A stretch of 49,197 nt of DNA from a virus (taxonomy: Duplodnaviria > Caudoviricetes). The stretch lies in IMG/VR virus record IMGVR_UViG_3300021962_000170, positions 1 to 49,197 of that record. One strand, written 5' to 3'. A model generated the notes under the pieces. That model was not told the origin of the DNA and did not search any database. It saw only the letters and a program-made list of their open reading frames with translations. Shown one piece after another: positions 19,152-28,851 of this stretch; the first letter of the stretch is position 1; every line of letters starts with the position of its first letter. Position numbers and translations under genes: made by a program.

Positions 19152-19211
19152 GCTCGAGCGCCTCCCCGACTAAATAAAAAGAAAGGGAGGCGTTTATGTA
19201 CAACTTTTCTG

Positions 19212-19240
19212 TTGACCTTCTAGAAAAAGCTCTGTATAGC
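19212..19240 (+). promoter_or_regulatory. sigma70-like early promoter
   Basis: ctgTTGACC-N17-TATAGC. Confidence 0.55.
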
Positions 19241-19352
19241 TATACTGTGACCAGTTGTTACGGAGAGTGGGATGACGACTTCTATCTCCAAGCATCTTAC
19301 GAGTCATTCATGGATCCCACGCTAGCTGCGTGCATAACAATGGACTATATTG

Positions 19353-19577
19353 ATGAAGCCTGCCTCCCAATTTACCAAGACGACAGCAAGAGTTTTTGCG
19401 AGTTCCTTGATAAATACAAAACGCCACTGGATGGTGGGTATCCAATGGGCTGTTGACGGTTCAAAGGGTAACAAGTATACTGTTGAGATGAGAGATGATG
19501 GTTTTGTTTGTAGCTGTCCTGCATTTAGGAAGTGCAAGCATATCGATGTGGTAGAACAGAGGATTGTGGAGGCTTGA
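19353..19577 (+). CDS. SWIM zinc-finger protein
   Basis: GSKGNKYTV...FVCSCPAFRKCKHI. Confidence 0.8.
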   Translation: MKPASQFTKTTARVFASSLINTKRHWMVGIQWAVDGSKGNKYTVEMRDDGFVCSCPAFRKCKHIDVVEQRIVEA

Positions 19578-19762
19578 TGATGGGTTATGTAAACAACGAG
19601 AAAGAACCAGAGCTTGTGTTTGTTGGTAACGACGACCAAGAATTGACTCAAATCGCTCGCATGGTCGAGAAGCTAAACGCCGATCTTGTTGACTCTGGTT
19701 TTGATCAGTACAAGTTTGACCTCGAGGTGAAAGGTGAAAAAGCCTACATCAAACGGGTCTAA
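19577..19762 (+). CDS. hypothetical protein
   Basis: GGAGG RBS, TGATG coupling to upstream gene. Confidence 0.65.
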   Translation: MMGYVNNEKEPELVFVGNDDQELTQIARMVEKLNADLVDSGFDQYKFDLEVKGEKAYIKRV

Positions 19763-19784
19763 GTGTTAGTGATGGTGCGATTGC

Positions 19785-19810
19785 AGGGGCGCTTATGCGC
19801 CCCTTTTTTT
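19785..19810 (+). terminator. intrinsic terminator
   Basis: aggggcgc-ttat-gcgcccct followed by a T-run. Confidence 0.85.
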
Positions 19811-19814
19811 CATG

Positions 19815-19822
19815 TATAAATA
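19815..19822 (+). promoter_or_regulatory. T4-type late promoter
   Basis: TATAAATA 25 nt before ATG 19848. Confidence 0.75.
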
Positions 19823-19847
19823 GTAGAAACTATTTTGTGAGAACCCA

Positions 19848-20804
19848 ATGCTTTCATTTAGATCCTACATCACTGAGGCCACTATGTACACCAAGATGAC
19901 TCCAGCCGAATTTGTAAAATATGACTGGAGAATTGATGTGTTTTTACGTAAGTATAAAGACGAAGAATCCTTCACGTTAGCTACTGGCGGAAACGTAAAG
20001 TTTCACTATGACCCCGCAATATCCAAAATTATGGATAAACGGAACCAACAATTGCTAAGAACTGTTAAGTTGCTTGGCAAAGATGGTAAAGAATATAGTC
20101 TAAGCGATTTGGGTAAAGATCGTGATTTTGGTGGCAAGGGTGCAGGCGCTGGTACAGCCGTTGAGGATATGGAGCTTCGAAGTTTACAGAAGCAGTTGGA
20201 TGATATTAGATCCGATATTGCTCAGGGGACAATTAAAATCAAAGTGGGTAACAGGGTGTATGATATAGCTGGAGCAGAAACAACGCCAGGTACACCAAAA
20301 TCAGACTTCCATTTGTTAGATGTAAATGGTAAGGAGGTAGTTTGGATTTCTCACAAGAAGGGTCGCACCGCTAAGGACTTCCAACAGTGGGGCGGCGTTT
20401 CACAAAGATCTGAACCAACTATTGCTAGCCACCCCGAAGTTCAAAAGTTTGTTAGTGATTTGAAGAAAGCCTATCCTCAAGGATTACCAAATGCTACATC
20501 GTTGTATAGAAAAATTGACGATGACCATTTGAAAAACCTCAGTGTATATGGTAACGACTATGGTAAGGCACTCGGCCGTCAGAATGTTTCTATACTGCTT
20601 CAAGGTGCAGTAAAGGTAATCAAATCTGGTTCATACTATCAACTATCAGCAAATCATGTGCACTTTAACAGTGACAAGATTACTGGAGATTATGAACCTG
20701 TGTTAGCTGCAATCTACAAAGGCGATAGAAGTGACGCTGGTGTAAAGGGAACACGTATTGTTATTATGCCAATTGCAGGGCGTAAATTTATAGGACCAAT
20801 TTAA
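19848..20804 (+). CDS. putative PD-(D/E)xK-like nuclease, probably head-packaged
   Basis: N-terminus MLSFRSYITEA (capsid-targeting-like); E...TPKSDF...WISHK...FQQWGG. Confidence 0.55.
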   Translation: MLSFRSYITEATMYTKMTPAEFVKYDWRIDVFLRKYKDEESFTLATGGNVKFHYDPAISKIMDKRNQQLLRTVKLLGKDGKEYSLSDLGKDRDFGGKGAGAGTAVEDMELRSLQKQLDDIRSDIAQGTIKIKVGNRVYDIAGAETTPGTPKSDFHLLDVNGKEVVWISHKKGRTAKDFQQWGGVSQRSEPTIASHPEVQKFVSDLKKAYPQGLPNATSLYRKIDDDHLKNLSVYGNDYGKALGRQNVSILLQGAVKVIKSGSYYQLSANHVHFNSDKITGDYEPVLAAIYKGDRSDAGVKGTRIVIMPIAGRKFIGPI

Positions 20805-22108
20805 TGGCTCAGTTTAGCACAGAAAAAAACGCACTACTAAACAACAATAACACCTTGTATGAGGTTGTTATGGTTGCTGGCCAAGCTGGTCCATCTGTTT
20901 ACGTTCCATCGGGCAACTTGAACACAAGCTCTGATGCCTTTGGTAGAATGCGAGCTGCGCTTCCCCACACCTTGTTTGATAGCTCGTTTAGATTTGCAGA
21001 TAACCAGAGAAAGTGGACTCAGAAGTCATCTGGAACACACACGGTAGCGTTCAACGCTAACCAAGGTCTAGTCGATCTAACAGTTGGATCAGCTAGCGGT
21101 GATGAGATCATACGTGAGACCAACAGATCATTTCCTTACCAACCTGGTAAGAGCCTGATCTCGATGAATACATTTACAATGAATACTCCAAAAGCTAATC
21201 TGCGACAGCGAGTTGGATATTTTGGCAAGAAGAATGGAATTTACTTTGAGCAGGATGGATTAACTTCTTACTTTGTAAAAAGAAGTTTTGTAACTGGCGT
21301 AGTTGATAATACAAGAGTATCCCAAGCTGATTGGAACATCGATCAGCTAGATGGCACAGGCCCAAGTGGGTTGGTTCTTGATATTACAAAGTCTCAGATA
21401 TTCTGGGTTGATTTAGAATGGCTTGGTGTTGGATCTGTGCGAACAGGTTTTGTAATAAATGGTCAGTTTATCGTCACACATATTTTTCACCACGCTAATG
21501 ATATTACAGGAACGTACATTACAACTGCATCGTTGCCTTGCAGATATGAAATAACCAACACAGGTGCTACAGATGGTGCTAGCACACTAAAACAAATTTG
21601 TACAACAGTTATATCTGAAGGTGGTTATAACGTACAGGGTTTGACCAGAAGCGCTACAAACCCAATCACAGGTAAAAACCTCGTCAATGATAAGCTCAAT
21701 CCTATGGTGTCTATACGACTCAGAAAAGGTCATACTGATGCTGTTGTCGTCCCAGTACATGCAGAGTTCTACGGTTTACAAGCTACAGCTTTTAAATATA
21801 TGATTATTCGTAATGTAACATCTTTACGTAATGCATCGTGGGTGTTGCAAGATTCATCTGGCGCTGTTGAATATGACATCTCAGCAGATTCGATGAGTGG
21901 TGGCGAGATCATATTACAAGGATTATTCAAAGGACAGGATACTGCCCCGACAGTAGCACTTGCAGATATATTTAACCACTCAGCGCAGCTAACCAGAGCT
22001 ATTATCGACAACGATAGTACTGGTGATATATTTACAGTAGCAATCACTCCAACAACAAACAACGACGATGCTATTGTTGCATTGAATTGGCAGGAGCAGT
22101 CACAATAA
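20804..22108 (+). CDS. putative virion structural protein (beta-rich)
   Basis: DAFGR, YQPGK, EWLGVGSVR motifs typical of large-phage structural proteins; late operon. Confidence 0.55.
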   Translation: MAQFSTEKNALLNNNNTLYEVVMVAGQAGPSVYVPSGNLNTSSDAFGRMRAALPHTLFDSSFRFADNQRKWTQKSSGTHTVAFNANQGLVDLTVGSASGDEIIRETNRSFPYQPGKSLISMNTFTMNTPKANLRQRVGYFGKKNGIYFEQDGLTSYFVKRSFVTGVVDNTRVSQADWNIDQLDGTGPSGLVLDITKSQIFWVDLEWLGVGSVRTGFVINGQFIVTHIFHHANDITGTYITTASLPCRYEITNTGATDGASTLKQICTTVISEGGYNVQGLTRSATNPITGKNLVNDKLNPMVSIRLRKGHTDAVVVPVHAEFYGLQATAFKYMIIRNVTSLRNASWVLQDSSGAVEYDISADSMSGGEIILQGLFKGQDTAPTVALADIFNHSAQLTRAIIDNDSTGDIFTVAITPTTNNDDAIVALNWQEQSQ

Positions 22109-23337
22109 TGATAAACTTCTCAAACTTCATTACAGAGCAGAAGAACACCCACATGACCCACATTGAGGACAAGGTGATCTATGGTGGCGTCGACGGAACA
22201 CGTCAAGCGATCCTAGCTCTGCGAATGCTTCGTGACATGCTTGGTGGTAAGCATGAAGGTAGCGTCTCTGTTAAGTGGGATGGTGCTCCTGCAGTGTTTG
22301 CTGGGATTGATCCAACTGATGGTAAGTTCTTTGTTGCAAAGAAGGGTATTTTCAACAAGAACCCAAAGGTGTACAAGACTGCTGCTGAGGTCGAAGCTGA
22401 TACGTCAGGTGACCTCGCAGACAAACTGAAAGCTGCTTTGAAGTATCTTCCAGAGCTTGGGATCAAAGGTGTTGTGCAAGGTGACTTCCTATACAGCAGT
22501 GAAGATGTTGGTGACGAAATGATTGATGGCCAGCGTTATACAACATTCCATCCAAACACAATCGTCTACGCTGTTCCATACGATTCAGAGGCTGCCAAGA
22601 CGATCCGTAAGTCAAAGATCGGTATCGTTTGGCACACTACATACAATGGCAATTCATTTGAAACCATGTCAGCATCCTATGGTGTTGACGTATCAAAACT
22701 TAACAAGAGCTCGAATGTGTGGTCACAGGATGCGATGTTGCGCGATGTGACAAATGCTACAATGAGCAAACAAGACACGGAGACTGTCAATGAACTTCTT
22801 TCGCAAGCTGGTAAGCTATTTAACCAAATCAGTGGATCAACCCTCAGAGAACTCGAGCGCAACGAGCTCCTCGCCCAACACGTCGAAACCTACAACAACT
22901 CCTTCGTCCGTTCAGGAACAATCGTTACAGACACTCGAGCACACGTTAGTGGCCTCATCAAGTGGATCGACAACAAATACCAAAAAGAAATCGACTCGCG
23001 CAAAACCCCAGCAGGAAAAGCTAGCATCGGTGCCAAGCTCAAAGACCTCCTCAACTTCTTCTCGGAAGAAAACAAAGCCAGTCTGATAAAGATGTTTGAC
23101 CTGCAAAAGGTCATTGTTTTGGCTAAACTAAAACTTATAAATACACTCAACAAGTTACAAACTGTTGATACATTTGTTAAGACTCGTAATGGTTTTAAAG
23201 TAACAGGCGCCGAAGGCTACGTTGCTATTGACAAACTTGGTGGTGACGCGGTAAAGATTGTTGACCGAATGGAATTCTCGTTCAATAACTTTTCGCCTGA
23301 TATACTCAAAGGATGGGATAAACTGGGAAGACGATAA
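22108..23337 (+). CDS. conserved T4-like protein (DUF6267-like) with ATP-dependent ligase-type motifs
   Basis: KNTHMTHIED, KWDGAPA (motif I), QGD, EGYVA, VKIVDR. Confidence 0.7.
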   Translation: MINFSNFITEQKNTHMTHIEDKVIYGGVDGTRQAILALRMLRDMLGGKHEGSVSVKWDGAPAVFAGIDPTDGKFFVAKKGIFNKNPKVYKTAAEVEADTSGDLADKLKAALKYLPELGIKGVVQGDFLYSSEDVGDEMIDGQRYTTFHPNTIVYAVPYDSEAAKTIRKSKIGIVWHTTYNGNSFETMSASYGVDVSKLNKSSNVWSQDAMLRDVTNATMSKQDTETVNELLSQAGKLFNQISGSTLRELERNELLAQHVETYNNSFVRSGTIVTDTRAHVSGLIKWIDNKYQKEIDSRKTPAGKASIGAKLKDLLNFFSEENKASLIKMFDLQKVIVLAKLKLINTLNKLQTVDTFVKTRNGFKVTGAEGYVAIDKLGGDAVKIVDRMEFSFNNFSPDILKGWDKLGRR

Positions 23338-24005
23338 TGGCAAAGAAAATAGATTTTAAAGACTTTTTGACTGTTGATTATGCTCCAGGAATGGACCCCC
23401 TAATCAAGCGCAACGCTAAGAAGCGTAAGAGCGACGAGACTATGACATCAGGTCCAAGCGAAGCTGTTGCGCCTGGAATCAAAGCTCCTAAACCACTAAG
23501 TGGAAAGGCTGCTCAGGCATACATTGATGGTGGCAAACATGCTGCTGATGTGTCTATGGGCCGCGAAGGAAAGCACGCTATTGTTAAAAATCCTGGATCA
23601 AAAACACACGTTCATGTGTTTAAATATGAAGAATTTGAACAGTTGATTGACTTGCTTCTTGATGAAGCTACTCTTAGCCCGCAGCAACGCCGTCAAAGAG
23701 CGATGCAGTTCAAGCGTATGCACGCTAAAATTGAGCTAGGCCAAAAAAGAGCTGAAAACAGATTTGCTGATCCCAAGCGTTTATTGAATCGTGCCAAAGT
23801 TGCTGCCCGTAAAACGTTGTTTAATAAATTGACTAAAGGTATGACAAAGGATGAACTTTCATATCAACGCAGACAAGAAATTGAAAAGCGTCTAGATACT
23901 CCTATGATGAAAAGAAAAATTCAACTAATGGCGACAAAAATGCTTCCCAAAGAGCGTCAAGCAGAAATTCAACGCCATCAACAGAAAGCTACTTCTGATA
24001 AATGA
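23337..24005 (+). CDS. basic hypothetical protein (probable internal head protein)
   Basis: DFKDFL N-terminus, LDEA site, Arg/Lys-rich C-terminal half. Confidence 0.65.
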   Translation: MAKKIDFKDFLTVDYAPGMDPLIKRNAKKRKSDETMTSGPSEAVAPGIKAPKPLSGKAAQAYIDGGKHAADVSMGREGKHAIVKNPGSKTHVHVFKYEEFEQLIDLLLDEATLSPQQRRQRAMQFKRMHAKIELGQKRAENRFADPKRLLNRAKVAARKTLFNKLTKGMTKDELSYQRRQEIEKRLDTPMMKRKIQLMATKMLPKERQAEIQRHQQKATSDK

Positions 24006-25039
24006 TCAATAGATTTAGTCAGTTTTTAGTTGAAGAGGACAAGTCGGTCTACTTTACGTTTGGCCGCATGAATCCTCCCACGATTGGTCATGGTAAACTA
24101 CTAGACAAAATATCAGCCTTGGCTGGCAGAAATCCCTATAAAGTTTTTCTATCACAATCGCAAGACGCTGCAAAGAATCCTTTATCTTACTCTGATAAGA
24201 TCAAGAACGTCCGTAAAATGTTTCCCAAGCATGCCCGCAACATAATGGTTGCAAAGGACGTTCATACAGCGTTTGATGCGGTGGTATCGCTATATGACCA
24301 AGGCTTCCGTAAGATCATAATGGTTGTTGGATCTGATCGTGTGACTGAGTTTGATACACTATTGACCAAGTACAACGGTAAAGAAGCTCGTCACGGATTC
24401 TATAACTTCCAAGAGATCAAAGTTGTTTCTGCTGGAGAGCGCGACCCTGACGCAGAAGGCGTTGAGGGTATGTCAGCATCTAAGCTAAGAGCTGCTGCAA
24501 AAGATAATGACTTTGTCAAGTTCTCCCAAGGTATCCCATCTACCCTATCGACCAAAGACTCTCGCAAACTGTTTAACGATGTGCGCAAGGGTATGGGACT
24601 TGAAGAAGAAATTTCCTTTAAAAATCATATTCAGCTATTTCCAGTAAACGAAGCTCGTGAGATGTATGTCAAGGGTCAATTGTTTAACATTGGTGATCAG
24701 GTAATTGTCAAAGAATCTGATGAGGTCGGAACCGTTACAATATTAGGATCCAATTACGTCATCATTGAAACTGCTGATGGAAGAAGAATGCGTAAGTGGC
24801 TGGATGCTGTTGAAGTGATTGAAAACACTGACCGTTGGTATAAAGATCAACCTGAATGGGGTACACCAGAAGCTGCTAAGAAAGCTAAGAAGGTCACCCC
24901 AGGCCAGTCTGATGTAAAAGAAGAATCAAAAGGGTTGTGGTACAATATCCAACAGCGCCGCAAAAAGGGACTGCCAAGGTTGAAGCCTGGCGATAAAAAT
25001 TATCCAAAAACCTTGGACATAGAAAAGGCTGACAAATGA
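24002..25039 (+). CDS. cytidyltransferase-like (HIGH-superfamily) nucleotidyltransferase
   Basis: FGRMNPPTIGH, KNPL, VVGSDR, SAGERDPD, MSASKLR. Confidence 0.85.
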   Translation: MINRFSQFLVEEDKSVYFTFGRMNPPTIGHGKLLDKISALAGRNPYKVFLSQSQDAAKNPLSYSDKIKNVRKMFPKHARNIMVAKDVHTAFDAVVSLYDQGFRKIIMVVGSDRVTEFDTLLTKYNGKEARHGFYNFQEIKVVSAGERDPDAEGVEGMSASKLRAAAKDNDFVKFSQGIPSTLSTKDSRKLFNDVRKGMGLEEEISFKNHIQLFPVNEAREMYVKGQLFNIGDQVIVKESDEVGTVTILGSNYVIIETADGRRMRKWLDAVEVIENTDRWYKDQPEWGTPEAAKKAKKVTPGQSDVKEESKGLWYNIQQRRKKGLPRLKPGDKNYPKTLDIEKADK

Positions 25040-25866
25040 AATCATTTGACCAAATCAGAGAAAAGCATTTAACACCTGCAGAGATGAAGAAGCGCGAAGA
25101 AGTTGCTAAGGCAATCAAGCGTGAGAATCCTAACATGCCTATGGCTAAGAAGATGGCTATTGCTACAGCCACTGCTAAGAAAGTTGCTGAAAGTGTTCAA
25201 GACATGGCTTCTATGGGTGGTAGATCGCTAGCCCGTATCGCTAACGCTGTTGGCCATCCTGACAGCGCTGCTGCAAAGAATGAGCTAGCACGTCGTAGAA
25301 TGAAGAATGAAGAAAGAGTAATCTCTGGCGGATACCGTGACAAGGATGGCAAGTATCATCCACCTAAAACAGCTAGCAGTATTGCAAAAGATCGCCTTGC
25401 AAAAAAGGCCGCTATTATGAAGAAGACTGCTGCAGCTATGCGTAATGAAGAAACTGAACTTGACGAAAGCATTACAAGAGTGTCAGACGCGAAGTTAAAG
25501 TTTCATGCTGTAAATGGTGTTCCACATGGTAGCTACAGTAAGAGTGAAATCTCAGCAGAGCACAATCGTAGAAAGAAAACCGGTGGCGCTGAGTATGCTG
25601 CTGTTAAGCCTTCAATGAATGAAGCTGTAACAGAAGCTGCAGATATGTCTAAGCTAAAGTTGCTTGCGCGTGCTGGATTGGTCGACTCGAAGGATGTTGA
25701 AAGACTGATGTCTGCGTTCAAGGTTATGCAAGCTGGAAAGCCTTTGACCCAGCAACAGAAAGATCTAGTAATTTCATCATATGGTGAGTTGGCTAGTATT
25801 GTGACTGGCGATTCTCAGACATTCCAAAAGGCAAAGAAAGCAGTTTCAGAGGCTATAGGTGACTAA
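25036..25866 (+). CDS. probable internal head protein
   Basis: MKSFDQIREK N-terminus; recurrent (L/V/M)xE junctions between basic modules. Confidence 0.6.
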   Translation: MKSFDQIREKHLTPAEMKKREEVAKAIKRENPNMPMAKKMAIATATAKKVAESVQDMASMGGRSLARIANAVGHPDSAAAKNELARRRMKNEERVISGGYRDKDGKYHPPKTASSIAKDRLAKKAAIMKKTAAAMRNEETELDESITRVSDAKLKFHAVNGVPHGSYSKSEISAEHNRRKKTGGAEYAAVKPSMNEAVTEAADMSKLKLLARAGLVDSKDVERLMSAFKVMQAGKPLTQQQKDLVISSYGELASIVTGDSQTFQKAKKAVSEAIGD

Positions 25867-25867
25867 C

Positions 25868-26134
25868 ATGATTGGGTTCAAGGCATTCACAGAAGCAACA
25901 TACCAGGGTAAGAAAGTTGCCCTGAATAAACCATCCGCTGGTGATGTTAAGAAGTCAAAAGTGTTTGTCGATCTTGATGGTGATGGTAAAGCTAAGAAAG
26001 TTAATTTTGGCGATCCTAATATGACAATCAAGAAGGATAATCCTGCACGTCGACGTTCATTTAGAGCTAGACACAATTGTGATGATCCTGGTCCAAAAGA
26101 CAAAGCTCGCTACTGGTCTTGCAGAGCTTGGTAA
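25868..26134 (+). CDS. conserved small basic phage protein
   Basis: KKVNFGDPNMTIKKDNPARRRSFRARHNC...ARYWSCRAW. Confidence 0.75.
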   Translation: MIGFKAFTEATYQGKKVALNKPSAGDVKKSKVFVDLDGDGKAKKVNFGDPNMTIKKDNPARRRSFRARHNCDDPGPKDKARYWSCRAW

Positions 26135-26175
26135 TTTTTATCAGATAAATAACTCTAAATTCTATGGGAATCTAA

Positions 26176-26454
26176 ATGACTGACGCAAACGAATCAAGAC
26201 TTAATCGTATTGAGGATAAGATCGACAAGCTCGCTGATGCGATGGTGTTGATTGCTCGTACCGATGAAAAGCTAATCTCGATGGAGCAGAAGTATGCTGC
26301 TCAGTATGAACGAATGAATCGTTTCTCTCAGAAACTAGATGATATAGAAAAATTAGTAGAAACCAACAATCATACAGTTATGTTAATTAACAAGATTGTT
26401 GGAGGAGCAGCCATCGCAGCAATCGGTGCGTGGGCAACCCAGTACTTCATGTAA
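26176..26454 (+). CDS. coiled-coil protein with C-terminal TM (hemolysin/holin-like)
   Basis: RLNRIEDKIDKL coiled coil followed by a hydrophobic C-terminus. Confidence 0.65.
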   Translation: MTDANESRLNRIEDKIDKLADAMVLIARTDEKLISMEQKYAAQYERMNRFSQKLDDIEKLVETNNHTVMLINKIVGGAAIAAIGAWATQYFM

Positions 26455-26466
26455 GGAAAATAAAAA

Positions 26467-27669
26467 ATGAAGACACAAGACATTAGAAGCATGGGACTTG
26501 CTTACCTCGAAGTCCTCGAAGGCAACAGCAATGCAGCTAGAAGAGCTCAGAAGGCAGCTTGGGACGCAGAGGACAATGCGGTCCTAGCTAGAGCTCACGC
26601 AATGAACAAGCATGGTCACGATGCGGTTGGTCAAGAAGATCCAGACGTCAACAACGATAAGAAGGTTGACAGCACTGACAAGTATCTGTTGAATCGTCGT
26701 AAGGCAATCTCTGCAAATATCCGTAAGGAAGAGACAGAAAAACTTGACGAGCTTTCAACAAAGACAACAGATTCGTATTGGAAAAAAGCAACCAAACAAC
26801 TGGATGATCCAAAGACGGATCTTAAAACTTTCGACAAGCGTGTTAGTGGCGTACTTACAGCTTTAAAAAAAGATTCTAAAAAGACTCAAACTGAAGAAGT
26901 TGAAGAAGTCGATGAAGCTCTTGTAGGCAATCAGCACAAGATTGATGCTAACAAGAACGGTAAAGTTGACGCACACGACTTCCACCTTCTCCGTAAGGGT
27001 AAGAAGGTTGCAGAAGAAAAAGAGGAAAGCAAAGCTCACGAAAAAGCTGAGAAGAAGACAGTAACTGCTAAGTCAATCAAGAATGCACTTGCTTCTGCAA
27101 AGGCTCAGGCTAAGCCAAAGAGTGCTGTATCTCTTGCAAAGACACCTTGGAATGAAGAAGTTGAACTTGATGAAGTTTCTGCTAAAACTCTTGGCAACTA
27201 CTCAATTAAAGCTGCTCAGCAAGGTGGCTCAGATAAGCGTGTAGCTGGTCAAAAAATGGCTGATGAGAAGATCCGCAAGAAGTACGGATATTCATCTGAC
27301 GCCAAGGTTGCTGCAGAAGCTACGGAATGGCCAATCTTTGCACGTATCCAAGAAAAAGCTACTGAGACTAAAAAGGGAAAGTACGAAATCTCTAAAGTTG
27401 GAGATGACTTTGCTGGTGACATTGACACATCCTATGCTAAGCACAATAAAGGTGCACATCCTAATGAGCCACATGGTTCAACAGCATCTCAAGGTGAAAA
27501 AGACTTTATTGCAGCACATGGTGGGTTAACTGGAACCGACTCTGGTATCAGTGCTAACAAGTATCACGATGCAAACTCTAAAGCTCTTCGTGCAAGTGTT
27601 AAGCAAGCTCCAGGCCGTCACAACGATCAAAAGATTGGTGATAAGACCCCACCAAAGGCCTCAGCATAA
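26467..27669 (+). CDS. probable internal head polyprotein with EF-hand-like loops
   Basis: Repeated LDE/VDE sites; DVNNDKKVDSTD and DANKNGKVDAHD loops. Confidence 0.65.
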   Translation: MKTQDIRSMGLAYLEVLEGNSNAARRAQKAAWDAEDNAVLARAHAMNKHGHDAVGQEDPDVNNDKKVDSTDKYLLNRRKAISANIRKEETEKLDELSTKTTDSYWKKATKQLDDPKTDLKTFDKRVSGVLTALKKDSKKTQTEEVEEVDEALVGNQHKIDANKNGKVDAHDFHLLRKGKKVAEEKEESKAHEKAEKKTVTAKSIKNALASAKAQAKPKSAVSLAKTPWNEEVELDEVSAKTLGNYSIKAAQQGGSDKRVAGQKMADEKIRKKYGYSSDAKVAAEATEWPIFARIQEKATETKKGKYEISKVGDDFAGDIDTSYAKHNKGAHPNEPHGSTASQGEKDFIAAHGGLTGTDSGISANKYHDANSKALRASVKQAPGRHNDQKIGDKTPPKASA

Positions 27670-27729
27670 TATATGCCGGACTGCTAACAACCGCAGATTT
27701 ATTATACAGGGTTTTTAGAAAAAGGCAAC

Positions 27730-28095
27730 ATGAAAAATTTTGAATTGACAGAAGAAAATCTCTTGATATATGCTGCAAAGAATTACTACAATCCAAAGTA
27801 TATCAATGCAGAAGAGTTTTATGAAGATATAAAACGATTCAAATATATCAAGAGACTTCTAAATAGATATGAAGAAACGTCTAATCTATCGGAAAGATTA
27901 ATACTAAACCATTTGATTGTTGTCTTTAATGTGTTTGGAATTGAGCCAGCTTTAAAGATTCTTGAGCTTAAACTTGAGAAAAAATACTGGCCTCAAATCA
28001 AACCATTCTTGATCTTCTTGAAATATATTCGTAATGACCAATACACCAACATAACAATGGACCCCATTGTAGTAAACAAACTGAGAAGCATTTAA
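27730..28095 (+). CDS. conserved T4-like hypothetical protein
   Basis: LTEENLLIYAAKNYYNP...EFYEDIKRFKYIKRL...ERLILNHLI. Confidence 0.8.
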   Translation: MKNFELTEENLLIYAAKNYYNPKYINAEEFYEDIKRFKYIKRLLNRYEETSNLSERLILNHLIVVFNVFGIEPALKILELKLEKKYWPQIKPFLIFLKYIRNDQYTNITMDPIVVNKLRSI

Positions 28096-28694
28096 TGGGC
28101 ATTTTTAAGACTACCGGCGACTTACTCTATACGTTTAGATTTCTTAGACTTCTTACCATGAAGTTTGAGGATACTGAAACGTATAAGGCTGGTATTATTG
28201 ATGCTAACGGCAATAAAAACAAATCTTTTGATATGACGCTCAGCGTCAATAGAAAAAACTATGCGGAATATTACACTCCGTTCCATCGCCTTGTGTTTAA
28301 CATTAAGAAGCTAATGGCTAAGGTTCCAGGCGGTGGATCACGTTTAGCTACGTATGCTGCTGCGTTGTATCTAATGAAAGAGAAGTTTGACGTCTCTGAC
28401 AAACACATTCAGCAATCGCTAAAAGAGGTTGGTATTGACTCAACAGATTTTATGCTTGAGCAATCACAATGGTTTGTGCTTAGCGATGGCCGATTGTCGC
28501 CTGGTTCGTACAAACTTGCAAATGATAAAGTGATTAACTCAACTTGTGAAGACATAGTTAAAGCTAAAGACAGCGTTCACGTAGAGGATAAGTGCTACCC
28601 AGTGGGATCAATCTTTGGATTGAATATCTATGAAGCGGTGCACACTAGATCAAAGCAAACAGTATACGTCACATCAGCGGAGCTACTAGTATGA
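28095..28694 (+). CDS. conserved T4-like hypothetical protein
   Basis: YTFRFLRLL...GIIDANG...YTPFHRLVFNIKKL. Confidence 0.8.
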   Translation: MGIFKTTGDLLYTFRFLRLLTMKFEDTETYKAGIIDANGNKNKSFDMTLSVNRKNYAEYYTPFHRLVFNIKKLMAKVPGGGSRLATYAAALYLMKEKFDVSDKHIQQSLKEVGIDSTDFMLEQSQWFVLSDGRLSPGSYKLANDKVINSTCEDIVKAKDSVHVEDKCYPVGSIFGLNIYEAVHTRSKQTVYVTSAELLV

Positions 28695-28849
28695 AGCCAG
28701 TAGATGAAGAAGCCCCAGCAACATCTGTCTCTAATGCATCTGTTGACACCACTCCAGGAATTAAACAAACAGTGCTGGTTGATAAGAGATACAGCCCCAA
28801 GAAACCACCTGTGTACTTGAAGAAGTTTCGTAAATTCATTGAGAAGTAA
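28691..28849 (+). CDS. small hypothetical protein (52 aa, not in ORF track)
   Basis: GGAG RBS, ATGA overlap; MKPVDEEAPATSVS...KKFRKFIEK*. Confidence 0.6.
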   Translation: MKPVDEEAPATSVSNASVDTTPGIKQTVLVDKRYSPKKPPVYLKKFRKFIEK

Positions 28850-28851
28850 TT

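Noticed and set aside
19196-19456. 86-aa ORF
   Set aside because: Spans an early promoter and overlaps the better-supported SWIM gene; no recognisable motif, though it cannot be fully excluded.
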